Of a stretch of 21,317 nucleotides of DNA, positions 1-7,886 are shown piece after piece. Location: assembly GCA_038214755.1 (NCBI GenBank), contig JBBQRQ010000086.1, positions 1 through 21,317 on the forward strand, in the 5' to 3' direction. The position numbers and the translations under genes are program-made. The first letter of the stretch is position 1. Each line of letters begins with the position of its first letter. The notes beneath the pieces are model-generated. The model saw only the letters and a program-made list of their open reading frames with translations. It made no database searches and had not been told where the DNA came from. Source of the DNA: Verrucomicrobiota bacterium (GTDB lineage: Bacteria > Verrucomicrobiota > Verrucomicrobiia > Limisphaerales > CANJXF01).

Positions 1-297
1 AAGGTCTATCATCTTCAATATGCAACCAAAGAAATCTGCGACGCCTTGCAAGGCCTGCTACCCGACCATCCAATGAATCGGTGGTTTTCGGAAATCGTCG
101 CGCAAGGCACCGGCATTGAATTTGAAAGCTCACACAATAAAGATTGGCTTCGCTATACCAGACCCATTGTGGAAGCGTTTTTCCATGCGCACTTCTTTTT
201 GAAAATGGCGATCAAGTACGGCAAGACATTGGAGCGCGCGCCTCATTGTTTACCGAGTGGCTGGGCAGCCGTTCTTTACTTATTTAATCTGAGATAA
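1..297 (+). CDS. Hypothetical protein, 5'-truncated by the window edge
   Basis: Frame 1 is open from base 1 (KVYHLQYATKEICDALQGLLP...) to TAA at 295-297. The protein-like C-terminus reads TRPIVEAFFHAHFFLKMAIKYG...LPSGWAAVLYLFNLR. No function recognised. Confidence 0.7.
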   Translation, partial: KVYHLQYATKEICDALQGLLPDHPMNRWFSEIVAQGTGIEFESSHNKDWLRYTRPIVEAFFHAHFFLKMAIKYGKTLERAPHCLPSGWAAVLYLFNLR

Positions 298-329
298 CTT
301 GAGCAACACTCACGAGGCCTAAAAATCAC

Positions 330-1229
330 ATGTCCATTCTTGTCACTTCCCAAACCAAAGTTCTCGTCCAGGGCATCACCGGCAGTTTCGGCGCGCGTCA
401 CACCCAACTCTCCATCGAATACGGCTCGCAAATTGTCGCAGGCGTCACGCCGGGAAAGGGCGGGCAAGTTTTTGAACACGCTGGAAGAAAGGTTCCCATC
501 TTCGATACTGTCGCCGACGCGATGAACCAAACCGGCGCAACCGTCTCCGCCATTTTTGTTCCACCGCCTTTTGCGGCTGACGCGATTCTCGAAGGCGTCG
601 ATGCTGGACTTGATTTAGCAGTCGCCATCACCGAGGGAATTCCCGTCAACGACATGGTGAAAGTGAAACGCGCGATGGAAGGGAAAAAAACGCGGCTCAT
701 CGGGCCGAATTGTCCTGGCGTCGTCACGCCCGGCGAAGGGAAAGATTCTTTCGGCGGTTGCCGTATTGGAATAGCGCCCGGTTACATTCACAAAAAAGGA
801 AACATCGGCGTGGTCTCGCGCAGCGGCACGTTGACCTACGAAGCCGTTTGGCAACTCACCTGTCGCGGTGTGGGCCAATCCACCTGCGTCGGGATTGGCG
901 GCGATCCCGTCAACGGCACTTCGCATTTGGACGTAATCAAAATGTTCAACGACGATCCCGAAACTCACGGGATAATTATGATCGGCGAAATCGGCGGCAG
1001 CGCAGAAGAAGAAGCGGCGGAATGGATCAAAGCCAATTGCAAAAAACCCGTCGCAGGTTTTATCGCCGGAGCAACCGCGCCGCCCGGACGTCGCATGGGT
1101 CACGCCGGAGCAATCGTCAGTGGCGGAAAAGGAACTGCCGCCGCCAAAATCGCCGCGTTCAAAGAAGCGGGCATCGGAGTCGCCGTTACGCCTAGCGAAA
1201 TGGCGGACACACTTTTGAAAATGATGTGA
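330..1229 (+). CDS. sucD: Succinyl-CoA synthetase alpha subunit
   Basis: Signature motifs [46 protein letters not shown] and the phosphohistidine motif RMGHAGA. Confidence 0.97.
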   Translation: MSILVTSQTKVLVQGITGSFGARHTQLSIEYGSQIVAGVTPGKGGQVFEHAGRKVPIFDTVADAMNQTGATVSAIFVPPPFAADAILEGVDAGLDLAVAITEGIPVNDMVKVKRAMEGKKTRLIGPNCPGVVTPGEGKDSFGGCRIGIAPGYIHKKGNIGVVSRSGTLTYEAVWQLTCRGVGQSTCVGIGGDPVNGTSHLDVIKMFNDDPETHGIIMIGEIGGSAEEEAAEWIKANCKKPVAGFIAGATAPPGRRMGHAGAIVSGGKGTAAAKIAAFKEAGIGVAVTPSEMADTLLKMM

Positions 1230-1330
1230 CTTGGCGCAGCGCATACCGGGAACGTTTCAACGACCTTACGAAAATCGCGTCGCAAACTTTAACCTTTGAA
1301 CTTTGATTTTCCCTTTGCGATAACCTTCGC

Positions 1331-2251
1331 GTGCCGGAATCATTTCCCAACTCTATCGACGCGACGACGCGCTTTAGCGCCGTTTATGGACATCCCATCA
1401 AACACTCCGCCTCGCCTGCCATGCACAATGCCGCGTTCGCCGCGCTGAATTTAAATTGGCGTTATCTCGCGTTTGAAGTTCATCCCCATGCTTTGGCTTC
1501 TGCAATGGCTGGTGCGAAAGCCATGAAATTTATCGGCTTGAATCTGACCGTGCCGCACAAATTGTTGGCGTTGCCAATGTGCGATGTGCTCGATGAGTCA
1601 GCGAAAAATTTCGGGGCCGTGAACACGATTCGCTTTGAGGGCAAAACCAAAAAAAGCCATTGGATTCCGCTCGCGCAAATTCCCGCTGAGGAAATTTCTG
1701 AAATCCGCTCGCACGGTTTCAACACGGACGCTGACGCAATCACTCGCCCAATTCGCCAAGATTTGAAAATGGAAATTTGTGGTGCGCGTATTTTGCTTCT
1801 TGGCGCGGGCGGAGCCGGGCGTGTCGCCGCTCTGAAATTCGCGGGAGAAGGCGCGAGCGAATTATTTTTGGTCAATCGCACGCAAATCAAGGCCGAAGAA
1901 TTGGCTGACGAAATCCGCCATCGTTTTCCCGACCTGCTGCTGAAAACAAATTATCCCCGCGCCGAAGTCGATTTGATCGTCAACGCAACTTCGCTTGGTT
2001 TGAACGGCAGCGACCCGTTACCGCTCGATGAAAAAGAATTTCCATTGAAAAATACCACCGCCGTTTACGACATGATTTATCGTCCGGCGCAAACGCCACT
2101 GCTAATCGCCTCGAAAAAAGCCGGTTGCCGAACCGCCAACGGCCTCAGCATGTTGCTACATCAAGGCGCAAAAGCTTTTGAGATTTGGACAGGAAAAGCT
2201 GCGCCGCTCGAAGTCATGCGCGGTGCTCTGGAGAAAAATATTTATGGATGA
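1331..2251 (+). CDS. aroE: Shikimate dehydrogenase
   Basis: Motifs GHPIKHSASPAMHN, NLTVPHK, GAVNT, NTD, GAGGAG, VNRT, VNATSLG, YDMIYRP, GLSMLLHQG. GTG start. Confidence 0.95.
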   Translation: MPESFPNSIDATTRFSAVYGHPIKHSASPAMHNAAFAALNLNWRYLAFEVHPHALASAMAGAKAMKFIGLNLTVPHKLLALPMCDVLDESAKNFGAVNTIRFEGKTKKSHWIPLAQIPAEEISEIRSHGFNTDADAITRPIRQDLKMEICGARILLLGAGGAGRVAALKFAGEGASELFLVNRTQIKAEELADEIRHRFPDLLLKTNYPRAEVDLIVNATSLGLNGSDPLPLDEKEFPLKNTTAVYDMIYRPAQTPLLIASKKAGCRTANGLSMLLHQGAKAFEIWTGKAAPLEVMRGALEKNIYG

Positions 2252-2261
2252 ACCAAACTTG

Positions 2262-2332
2262 GTAGGAGCCGACGTGAGGAGGCTCACTTCATTCCCAGGA
2301 TTTAATCAGAGCCTCCGCACGTCGGCTGCTAC
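2262..2332. repeat. GTAG-type REP-like doublet (inverted repeat)
   Basis: GTAGGAGCCGACGTGAGGAGGCTC (2262-2285) pairs with GAGCCTCCGCACGTCGGCTGCTAC (2309-2332) at 22/24. Confidence 0.85.
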
Positions 2333-2344
2333 GAATTATTAAAT

Positions 2345-3481
2345 ATGTTTGATCCCGAAATCTGGGCGCGCGTCCCGTTTCATTTCTGGTCCGTGGTCTT
2401 CTTTTGCTTCGGTTGCATCGTTGGAAGTTTTCTCAACGTGTGCATTTACCGGATGCCGCGCGACCAAAGCATTGTTAGTCCTCCGTCGCATTGTCCCTAT
2501 TGCGGCTATGCCATTCCGTGGTTTCTGAACATCCCACTTTTTACCTGGCTCTACTTGCGCGGCAAATGCGCGAATTGCTCCGCGCCAATATCGATACGTT
2601 ATTTTCTGGTCGAGCTTCTCACTGGCCTGGCGTTCCTGGGCTGCTGGCTGAACTTCGGCGCGCAATCAACTCTGCTCCCGCTGGCCTACTGCATTTTGCT
2701 GGCGGGATTTATCGTCGCCACTTTCATCGACTTCGAGCACTTCATCATCCCCGACGAAATAACCATCGGCGGAATTGTCGTTGGATTTCTTTGCTCCCTT
2801 GTTGTCCCTCAACTTCACCATGTCCCGAGCGTCTCCCAGGCGTTGCTCAAAAGCGGTCTCGGCATCGCGGTTGGGGGCGGTGTGATTTACTTGATTTTGC
2901 GCGGCGGCAAACTTCTCTTTGGCCGGCAAAAAATTGGGCTGACCGCCGAATCAAAAATTTATTTCACGGAGACGCATTTAAAATTGCCTGACCAGGATAT
3001 TCCCTACGAAGAATTATTTTATCGCAACTCCGATGTAATTATTTTGCAGGGCAAACGCGTCGAGATGATTGATCGCTGCTTCGCGGAAGAATCCGTTCGG
3101 CTCACGCCGCTCACTCTGCAAATCGGCGAATCCAAATTCAAAACGGAAGAGACTCCTTATCTCGAAGCCATCACGAGCCAGATCACTTTGCCGCGGGAAG
3201 CGATGGGTTTTGGTGACGTAAAATTCATGGCGGCCATCGGCGCATTTCTGGGCTGGCCCGCGGTGATTTTTTCTTTGATGGTTAGCTCGATCATTGGCGC
3301 GGTTATCGGAATCACTTTGATTCTTTCCGGCCGGAGCGAGTGGTCGAGCCGCCTTCCCTACGGACCTTACATCGCCCTCGCCGCGACGATCTGGATTTTC
3401 AGCGGGACCAACGTGCAATCCTGGTGGCTTCAACAACTAAAAACCCTCGCGCAAATCGCGGCGAGTTTGGTGAACCAATAG
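2345..3481 (+). CDS. pilD: Type IV prepilin peptidase/N-methyltransferase (A24A) with internal insertion
   Basis: GSFLNVCIYRMP, two CxxC pairs (CPYC, CANC), catalytic aspartates in FIDFEHFIIPD and MGFGDVKF, LPYGPYI, multiple transmembrane helices. Confidence 0.93.
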   Translation: MFDPEIWARVPFHFWSVVFFCFGCIVGSFLNVCIYRMPRDQSIVSPPSHCPYCGYAIPWFLNIPLFTWLYLRGKCANCSAPISIRYFLVELLTGLAFLGCWLNFGAQSTLLPLAYCILLAGFIVATFIDFEHFIIPDEITIGGIVVGFLCSLVVPQLHHVPSVSQALLKSGLGIAVGGGVIYLILRGGKLLFGRQKIGLTAESKIYFTETHLKLPDQDIPYEELFYRNSDVIILQGKRVEMIDRCFAEESVRLTPLTLQIGESKFKTEETPYLEAITSQITLPREAMGFGDVKFMAAIGAFLGWPAVIFSLMVSSIIGAVIGITLILSGRSEWSSRLPYGPYIALAATIWIFSGTNVQSWWLQQLKTLAQIAASLVNQ

Positions 3482-3483
3482 TA

Positions 3484-3561
3484 ACAGGAACGCCGATTTC
3501 CGAATCGGCAAGACCTTGATCCATCACCGCAACGAGCCGAACTGGAGTTCGGCGTTCCTGT
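3484..3561. repeat. REP-like doublet between convergent genes; possible bidirectional terminator
   Basis: ACAGGAACGCCGATTTCCGAATCGGC (3484-3509) pairs with GCCGAACTGGAGTTCGGCGTTCCTGT (3536-3561) at 21/26. Each arm holds its own 7-bp hairpin. Confidence 0.8.
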
Positions 3562-3592
3562 CGAATGAAGCTCGGAGTTAATCCACAATCCA

Positions 3593-4384
3593 CTAAATCT
3601 TCTTCCGTCGAAAAACTTTGTGCATCGCCGCCTGGTCCACCGGTTTGATCAACATCTCATCGATGTTCACGTGCGCAGGGCGACTCGCCACCCAAACTAA
3701 TATTTCCGCGATGTCCTCCGCCAAGAGCGGATCGACACCCTCGTAAGGTTTTTCGGCGCGCGCTTGATCGCCTTTGAAACGCACCAGAGAAAATTCCGTT
3801 TTCGCCAGGCCAGGATCAATCGAACTCACGCGCAAGCCAGTCCCGCTCAATTCCAATCGCAGCGTCCGCGTGATTTGCAACTCACCCGCTTTGGCCGCCG
3901 AATATGCCGCGCCACCTTCGTAAACTGAATGCGACGCGTACGAACCGATATTGATAATCGAGCCGCCCGGATTGTTGAGCATCAACGGCAGCGCGGCGCG
4001 CGTCATCCGCAAAACACCGAGCACGTTGGTCTGCAACATCGTTTCCCAATCTTTATCTTTTCCCTCGGCGACCGTATCGAGTCCGAGCGCACCGCCAGCG
4101 TTATTAACCAAAACGTCGAGTGCATTTCCTTTTCCAATTTTTTCACGCGCCCAATCGACGAACGAATTCACGCTCGCCGTTTTGGAAACATCCAGCGCGT
4201 GAACCAACGCTTCGGGTGAACCAGCTTTCTCCGCTTCGTCCGCAACTTTTTCCAACCGCTCCACGCGCCGGGCGCCGAGCAAAAGTTTCGCGCCCGCTGC
4301 GCCAAAAGCTTTCGCCGCCGCCGCGCCGAACCCGCTCGAAGCGCCGGTGATCAAGACCCATTTGTTCGCCAATTCGTATCGCAT
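3593..4384 (-). CDS. SDR family NAD(P)-dependent oxidoreductase (YdfG-like)
   Basis: TGASSGFG, ARR, VNNAG, catalytic YSAAK, IDPGLAKTEFSLVRFKGD, and a YdfG-like tail RPAHVNI. Confidence 0.9.
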   Translation of the reverse strand: MRYELANKWVLITGASSGFGAAAAKAFGAAGAKLLLGARRVERLEKVADEAEKAGSPEALVHALDVSKTASVNSFVDWAREKIGKGNALDVLVNNAGGALGLDTVAEGKDKDWETMLQTNVLGVLRMTRAALPLMLNNPGGSIINIGSYASHSVYEGGAAYSAAKAGELQITRTLRLELSGTGLRVSSIDPGLAKTEFSLVRFKGDQARAEKPYEGVDPLLAEDIAEILVWVASRPAHVNIDEMLIKPVDQAAMHKVFRRKKI

Positions 4385-4441
4385 GAAAATGTTTTAGCGT
4401 GCCGCCGACCTTCTGTCGGCAGAAAAAATGTAGCCAGGAAT

Positions 4442-4572
4442 CGTAGGGCAGGCTTTCGAGCCTGCCGGTTCCGGGACTTTCCAGTCTCCGGAAAATAATT
4501 AAGAAGAGTTTTATGTTTCTTTCACGAGACTGGAATGTCTCGTAACCAGCCGGCTGCAAAGCCTGCCCTGCG
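4442..4572. repeat. Long GTAG-type REP-like doublet with two hairpins per arm
   Basis: Arm 4442-4488 (CGTAGGGCAGGCTTTCGAGCCTGCC...CAGTCTC) pairs with arm 4526-4572 at 39/47, around an AT-rich spacer. Confidence 0.8.
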
Positions 4573-4577
4573 TGTTC

Positions 4578-4602
4578 GATTTTACAAATCCATGACAATT
4601 CT
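4578..4602 (+). promoter_or_regulatory. Putative OmpR/PhoB-family regulator binding box, copy 1
   Basis: GATTTTACAAATCCATGACAATTCT contains the direct repeat TTACAA-N5-TGACAA (11-bp period). It is 24/25 identical to 7862-7886. Confidence 0.7.
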
Positions 4603-4647
4603 CTCTCGCACTTTGCTTAACCTCGCTATCAATGCTCGCAGCCACGC

Positions 4648-6858
4648 ATGAAAAAGTCTCCAACACAAGCGCCTCGTTTCTTCTGGCAAGGCATTTTGAT
4701 TTTGTTGCCTATTCTCGTTCTCGCGGCGTTTGGTTTTGCGGCCATCCTCCGTGACCGCGCGGCGGTGGAAGAAGAGGCGCGTCAGCGGGCGATTGAAATT
4801 TTGCGCCAGATCAACGCAGGCTTGGCGCGCAACGTCGTGTCGCGTTTGAGTGGAGGGGATGACGGCTTTTTCATTGAAGGCACGAATGCGCTCCGCGCGC
4901 AAATTGTTGCGCCGCCTTCCACCGGAACGGAGCGCGCTTCGCCCTCATTCCAAGACGCGGAGATAAGAATTCTTTTGGACGCAAAAGGAAATTTGCGTTC
5001 GCCCCGATCCTACGAGAATCCACCGAAACCGCCCGCGTGGCTGAGTTCGTTTCCTGATGCGCAACGCGAGGCGTGGACGAAGTTTGCGCAGACTGCTTAT
5101 TTCTCTTTTGATTCCAGACAAGCCAAAATTTCCTTCGATCAATTTCTCGCGTGCGATCCACCAGCAGACGCGCGCGCGAATGCGGAATTCCTTTTGTTGC
5201 GGGCACAACTCGCCAGCAATGCGCCGACTGATTCGATCGATCAATTGCTCAAGTTTGCCGAACGATGTTTCAACGAACGTTCCGAGGCGGGTCTGCCGCT
5301 TTCGAGTGTGGCGTTCGCTAGCGCGATGAATTTTACCGGCGACGAACCCGCGGTTAAAAAAATAATTCGAGAGTTGGCCCAACAAATTTCCGCGCACCCC
5401 AGCGTCATCTCCTTCCAACTAATGGAGAAAGCAGAAAGTCTGTTCGCGACGAATATTTTGTCCCGCGAAGCCATCGCCGAATTGGAGAAATCGCACGATG
5501 CCATCCGCAGAACTTGGGAGAAGGACGAACGCTTGCGCGAGCTTGCGGAGTCGATCCAGCGAAGCGGAAATGGGCGCGGCAACACGACGACTAACCTTTG
5601 GATTCAATCCCGGCAGGGAAAATTCTTTTGTCTCTTGCAGCCGATGTTTGGCTTCTCTCGTCAAAACGGAAATCCTGTTCCGACAAAACCCAACGGTTTC
5701 AGGTCCATCCGCTTCTTCCCGAAAGAAGATGTGTGTCGCGCATTCGAGATCGGCATTTTAGAGAAGCGGATTTTGTTACCCGAATATTTCGCGCTCACTG
5801 CCGAACTGGAAAGCGAACCGCTGCCGCTCACTCTCAATTCCGCCACGAATTTTTCCGCGCCGGCGCTCGCGCAAATTTCTGATCGAATGACGCTGCCGCC
5901 CATCCTGGGAGGCGAAGGCAAAATCAAACCGGGACCTGACTCCATGTTTACTCAGCCCGCGTTCACTTTGCGTATCCATCTCGCTGACCGGAATTTGCTT
6001 TTCGCCCGGCAGAGCCAACGCTCCATTTTGTTCGGCGCACTCATCGCATTTTCCGTCGTCGCGGCATTCGTCGGTTTCGTTCAAGCGCGCCGTGCGTTTC
6101 AGCGGCAACTGCGCTTGAACGAATTGAAAAGTAATTTCGTTTCCAGCGTCTCCCATGAATTGCGCGCGCCGATTGCTTCTGTTCGTTTGCTCGCGGAAAG
6201 CTTGGAGCGCGGAAAAATTTCCGAGCCGAAAAAGCAAAACGAATATTTCAAATTCATCGTGCAGGAATGTCGGCGGTTGTCGTCGCTCATCGAAAACGTT
6301 TTGGATTTTTCGCGCATTGAACAAGGACGCAAGGAATACGAATTCGAGCCGACCGACATCGTGAGGCTGGTTCAGGAAACAGTGAAGCTGATGGAATCTT
6401 ATGCTGCGGAAAGAAATGTGAGTCTCGTCTTGAGGTTCGATGACTCTCAACTCTCAACCAACAACCCTCAACCAACTTTGGACGGTCACGCCATTCAGCA
6501 AGCGCTCGTAAATCTGATTGATAATGCGATTAAACATTCGCCGAGCGGCGCGACGGTGACGGTTGGATTTGTAGCGGCGGTCTGTGACCGCCGCACTTCA
6601 ATTGAAAATCAGCGGCGGTCACAGACCGCCGCTACAATACAAATCTACGTCGAAGATTCCGGCCCAGGCATTCCGGCGGACGAACATCAGAAAATTTTCG
6701 AGCGCTTCTATCGTCTCGGCTCCGAGTTGCGCCGTGAAACCCAAGGCGTTGGAATCGGTTTGAGCATCGTCCAACACATTGTCGATGCGCACGGTGGAAA
6801 AGTCGTTGTGCAAAGTGAAATTGGAAAAGGCAGCCGGTTCACGATTCAACTCGGGTAG
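4648..6858 (+). CDS. Membrane sensor histidine kinase (TM - large extracytoplasmic domain - TM - HisKA - HATPase_c)
   Basis: Transmembrane segments near aa 12-33 and ~459-478. H-box SVSHELRAP, N-box NLIDNAIK, G1 VEDSGPGI, F-box IFERFYR, G2 GVGIGLSI, GKGSRF. Confidence 0.95.
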   Translation: MKKSPTQAPRFFWQGILILLPILVLAAFGFAAILRDRAAVEEEARQRAIEILRQINAGLARNVVSRLSGGDDGFFIEGTNALRAQIVAPPSTGTERASPSFQDAEIRILLDAKGNLRSPRSYENPPKPPAWLSSFPDAQREAWTKFAQTAYFSFDSRQAKISFDQFLACDPPADARANAEFLLLRAQLASNAPTDSIDQLLKFAERCFNERSEAGLPLSSVAFASAMNFTGDEPAVKKIIRELAQQISAHPSVISFQLMEKAESLFATNILSREAIAELEKSHDAIRRTWEKDERLRELAESIQRSGNGRGNTTTNLWIQSRQGKFFCLLQPMFGFSRQNGNPVPTKPNGFRSIRFFPKEDVCRAFEIGILEKRILLPEYFALTAELESEPLPLTLNSATNFSAPALAQISDRMTLPPILGGEGKIKPGPDSMFTQPAFTLRIHLADRNLLFARQSQRSILFGALIAFSVVAAFVGFVQARRAFQRQLRLNELKSNFVSSVSHELRAPIASVRLLAESLERGKISEPKKQNEYFKFIVQECRRLSSLIENVLDFSRIEQGRKEYEFEPTDIVRLVQETVKLMESYAAERNVSLVLRFDDSQLSTNNPQPTLDGHAIQQALVNLIDNAIKHSPSGATVTVGFVAAVCDRRTSIENQRRSQTAATIQIYVEDSGPGIPADEHQKIFERFYRLGSELRRETQGVGIGLSIVQHIVDAHGGKVVVQSEIGKGSRFTIQLG
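6444..6471 (+). repeat. Heptamer tandem repeat inside the kinase CDS
   Basis: CTCTCAA CTCTCAA CCAACAA CCCTCAA, encoding about SQLSTNNPQ. Confidence 0.65.
6569..6637. repeat. Perfect GTAG-type REP-like doublet located in frame within the kinase HATPase domain
   Basis: TTGTAGCGGCGGTCTGTGACCGCCGC (6569-6594) and GCGGCGGTCACAGACCGCCGCTACAA (6612-6637) match 26/26. Translates as VAAVCDRRTSIENQRRSQTAAT. Confidence 0.92.
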
Positions 6859-7008
6859 CATCTGCCTCCGGCGGGTGCGAAATCTCAACTTGGATGTTTA
6901 GTGTTCGATGTTGGAGGTTCGATGTTTTGAATTGAAAGAACATCGAACAACCAACATCGAACATCGAGTTAAGAAAAATTCGCACCCGCCGGAGGCAGAT
7001 GCTACCCG
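6852..7008. repeat. Nested palindrome: GTAG-type outer inverted repeat enclosing inverted heptamer arrays
   Basis: Outer arms 6852-6881 and 6979-7008 match 30/30. Inner TCGATGT-like x5 (6891-6925) faces ACATCGA-like x4 (6940-6967). Confidence 0.92.
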
Positions 7009-7015
7009 TAAAATG

Positions 7016-7747
7016 ATGTCCCGCATTTTAATCATCGAAGACGAATTGCCGATGCGCACCGGCCTGGAAGATTGTTTGTCCGGCGAAGGCTACCGCGTTT
7101 TCTCCGCCGCCAATGGTGAGATCGGTTTGCGCCGCGCCCTCGACGAAAAACCCGATCTCATTCTCCTCGACGTGATGATGCCGCGTCTCGATGGCTACGC
7201 GGTCGCCGCGGAACTTCGACGCCGGAAAAATCCCGCGCCGATTCTCATGCTCACCGCCAAGGGCATGGTGCAGGATCGCGTCGCCGGACTCGATTCCGGC
7301 GCGGACGATTATCTCATCAAACCATTCAGCACCGACGAATTGCTCGCGCGCGTCCGGGCGATTTTGCGTCGCACCCAAAAGCAAAACAAACTTCCATCCA
7401 CACTCGATCTGAGCGAGGTGCGAATCGATTTCGTTCAACAACAAGCGTGGCGAAAAAAGAAACCACTCCATCTCACCGCGAAAGAATTTGCCATGCTGCG
7501 TTTGATGTTTGAATCCGAAGGCGAACCGGTTTCGCGCGAGCGATTTCTCGATGTCGTCTGGGGCTACACCGCATTTCCCACGACGCGCACGGTGGACAAT
7601 CACATTGCCAGTCTGCGCGGGAAAATTGAAACGAACCCCGAGGAGCCGCGCTGGATTCAAACCGTGCATGGCGTGGGATACCGAATGAAACTCAGTGAAA
7701 CTCAACCACAGAGGCACAGAGACACAGAGAAAGGCGGAGGATCGTAG
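7016..7747 (+). CDS. OmpR/PhoB-family DNA-binding response regulator
   Basis: RILIIEDE, DLILLDVMMP (phospho-Asp), LTAK, GADDYLIKPF, winged helix TRTVDNHIASLR...TVHGVGY. Start moved to ATG 7013/7016 because the upstream extension is translated repeat DNA. Confidence 0.95.
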   Translation: MSRILIIEDELPMRTGLEDCLSGEGYRVFSAANGEIGLRRALDEKPDLILLDVMMPRLDGYAVAAELRRRKNPAPILMLTAKGMVQDRVAGLDSGADDYLIKPFSTDELLARVRAILRRTQKQNKLPSTLDLSEVRIDFVQQQAWRKKKPLHLTAKEFAMLRLMFESEGEPVSRERFLDVVWGYTAFPTTRTVDNHIASLRGKIETNPEEPRWIQTVHGVGYRMKLSETQPQRHRDTEKGGGS

Positions 7748-7850
7748 ATAGAGGATTGAGGACGATAGAAAATCGGCTCCTTGCCATCCTCCATCCTCCA
7801 TCTTCTATCCTCTCTTCCGGGACAACTCTGTGCCTCTGTGCCTCTGTGGT
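7705..7850. repeat. Nested palindrome: octamer-repeat outer arms enclosing inverted heptamer arrays
   Basis: ACCACAGAGGCACAGAGACACAGAG (7705-7729) pairs with CTCTGTGCCTCTGTGCCTCTGTGGT (7826-7850) at 24/25. Inner GGAGGAT-like x4 (7736-7763) faces CCATCCT-like x4 (7784-7811). Confidence 0.88.
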
Positions 7851-7861
7851 GAATGTCCGCT

Positions 7862-7886
7862 GATTTTACAAAACCATGACAATTCT
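7862..7886 (+). promoter_or_regulatory. Putative OmpR/PhoB-family regulator binding box, copy 2
   Basis: GATTTTACAAAACCATGACAATTCT ends 27 nt before ATG 7914 and is 24/25 identical to 4578-4602. Confidence 0.7.

Noticed and set aside
5893..5920. LPPILGGEG segment of the kinase as another coding palindrome
   Set aside because: Self-complementarity is weak and there is no partner arm.
6891..6967. Short tandem repeats as a CRISPR array
   Set aside because: Units are 7 nt with no unique spacers, and there are no cas genes.
6908..7012. 35-aa N-terminal extension of the response regulator in the ORF track
   Set aside because: It is a translation of the nested palindrome; the receiver domain begins at ATG 7013/7016.
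7028..7801. 257-aa antisense ORF; likewise 12271-13239, 8237-9031, 19490-20209 and 615-1244
   Set aside because: These are shadow ORFs opposite well-supported genes, with no recognisable motifs.
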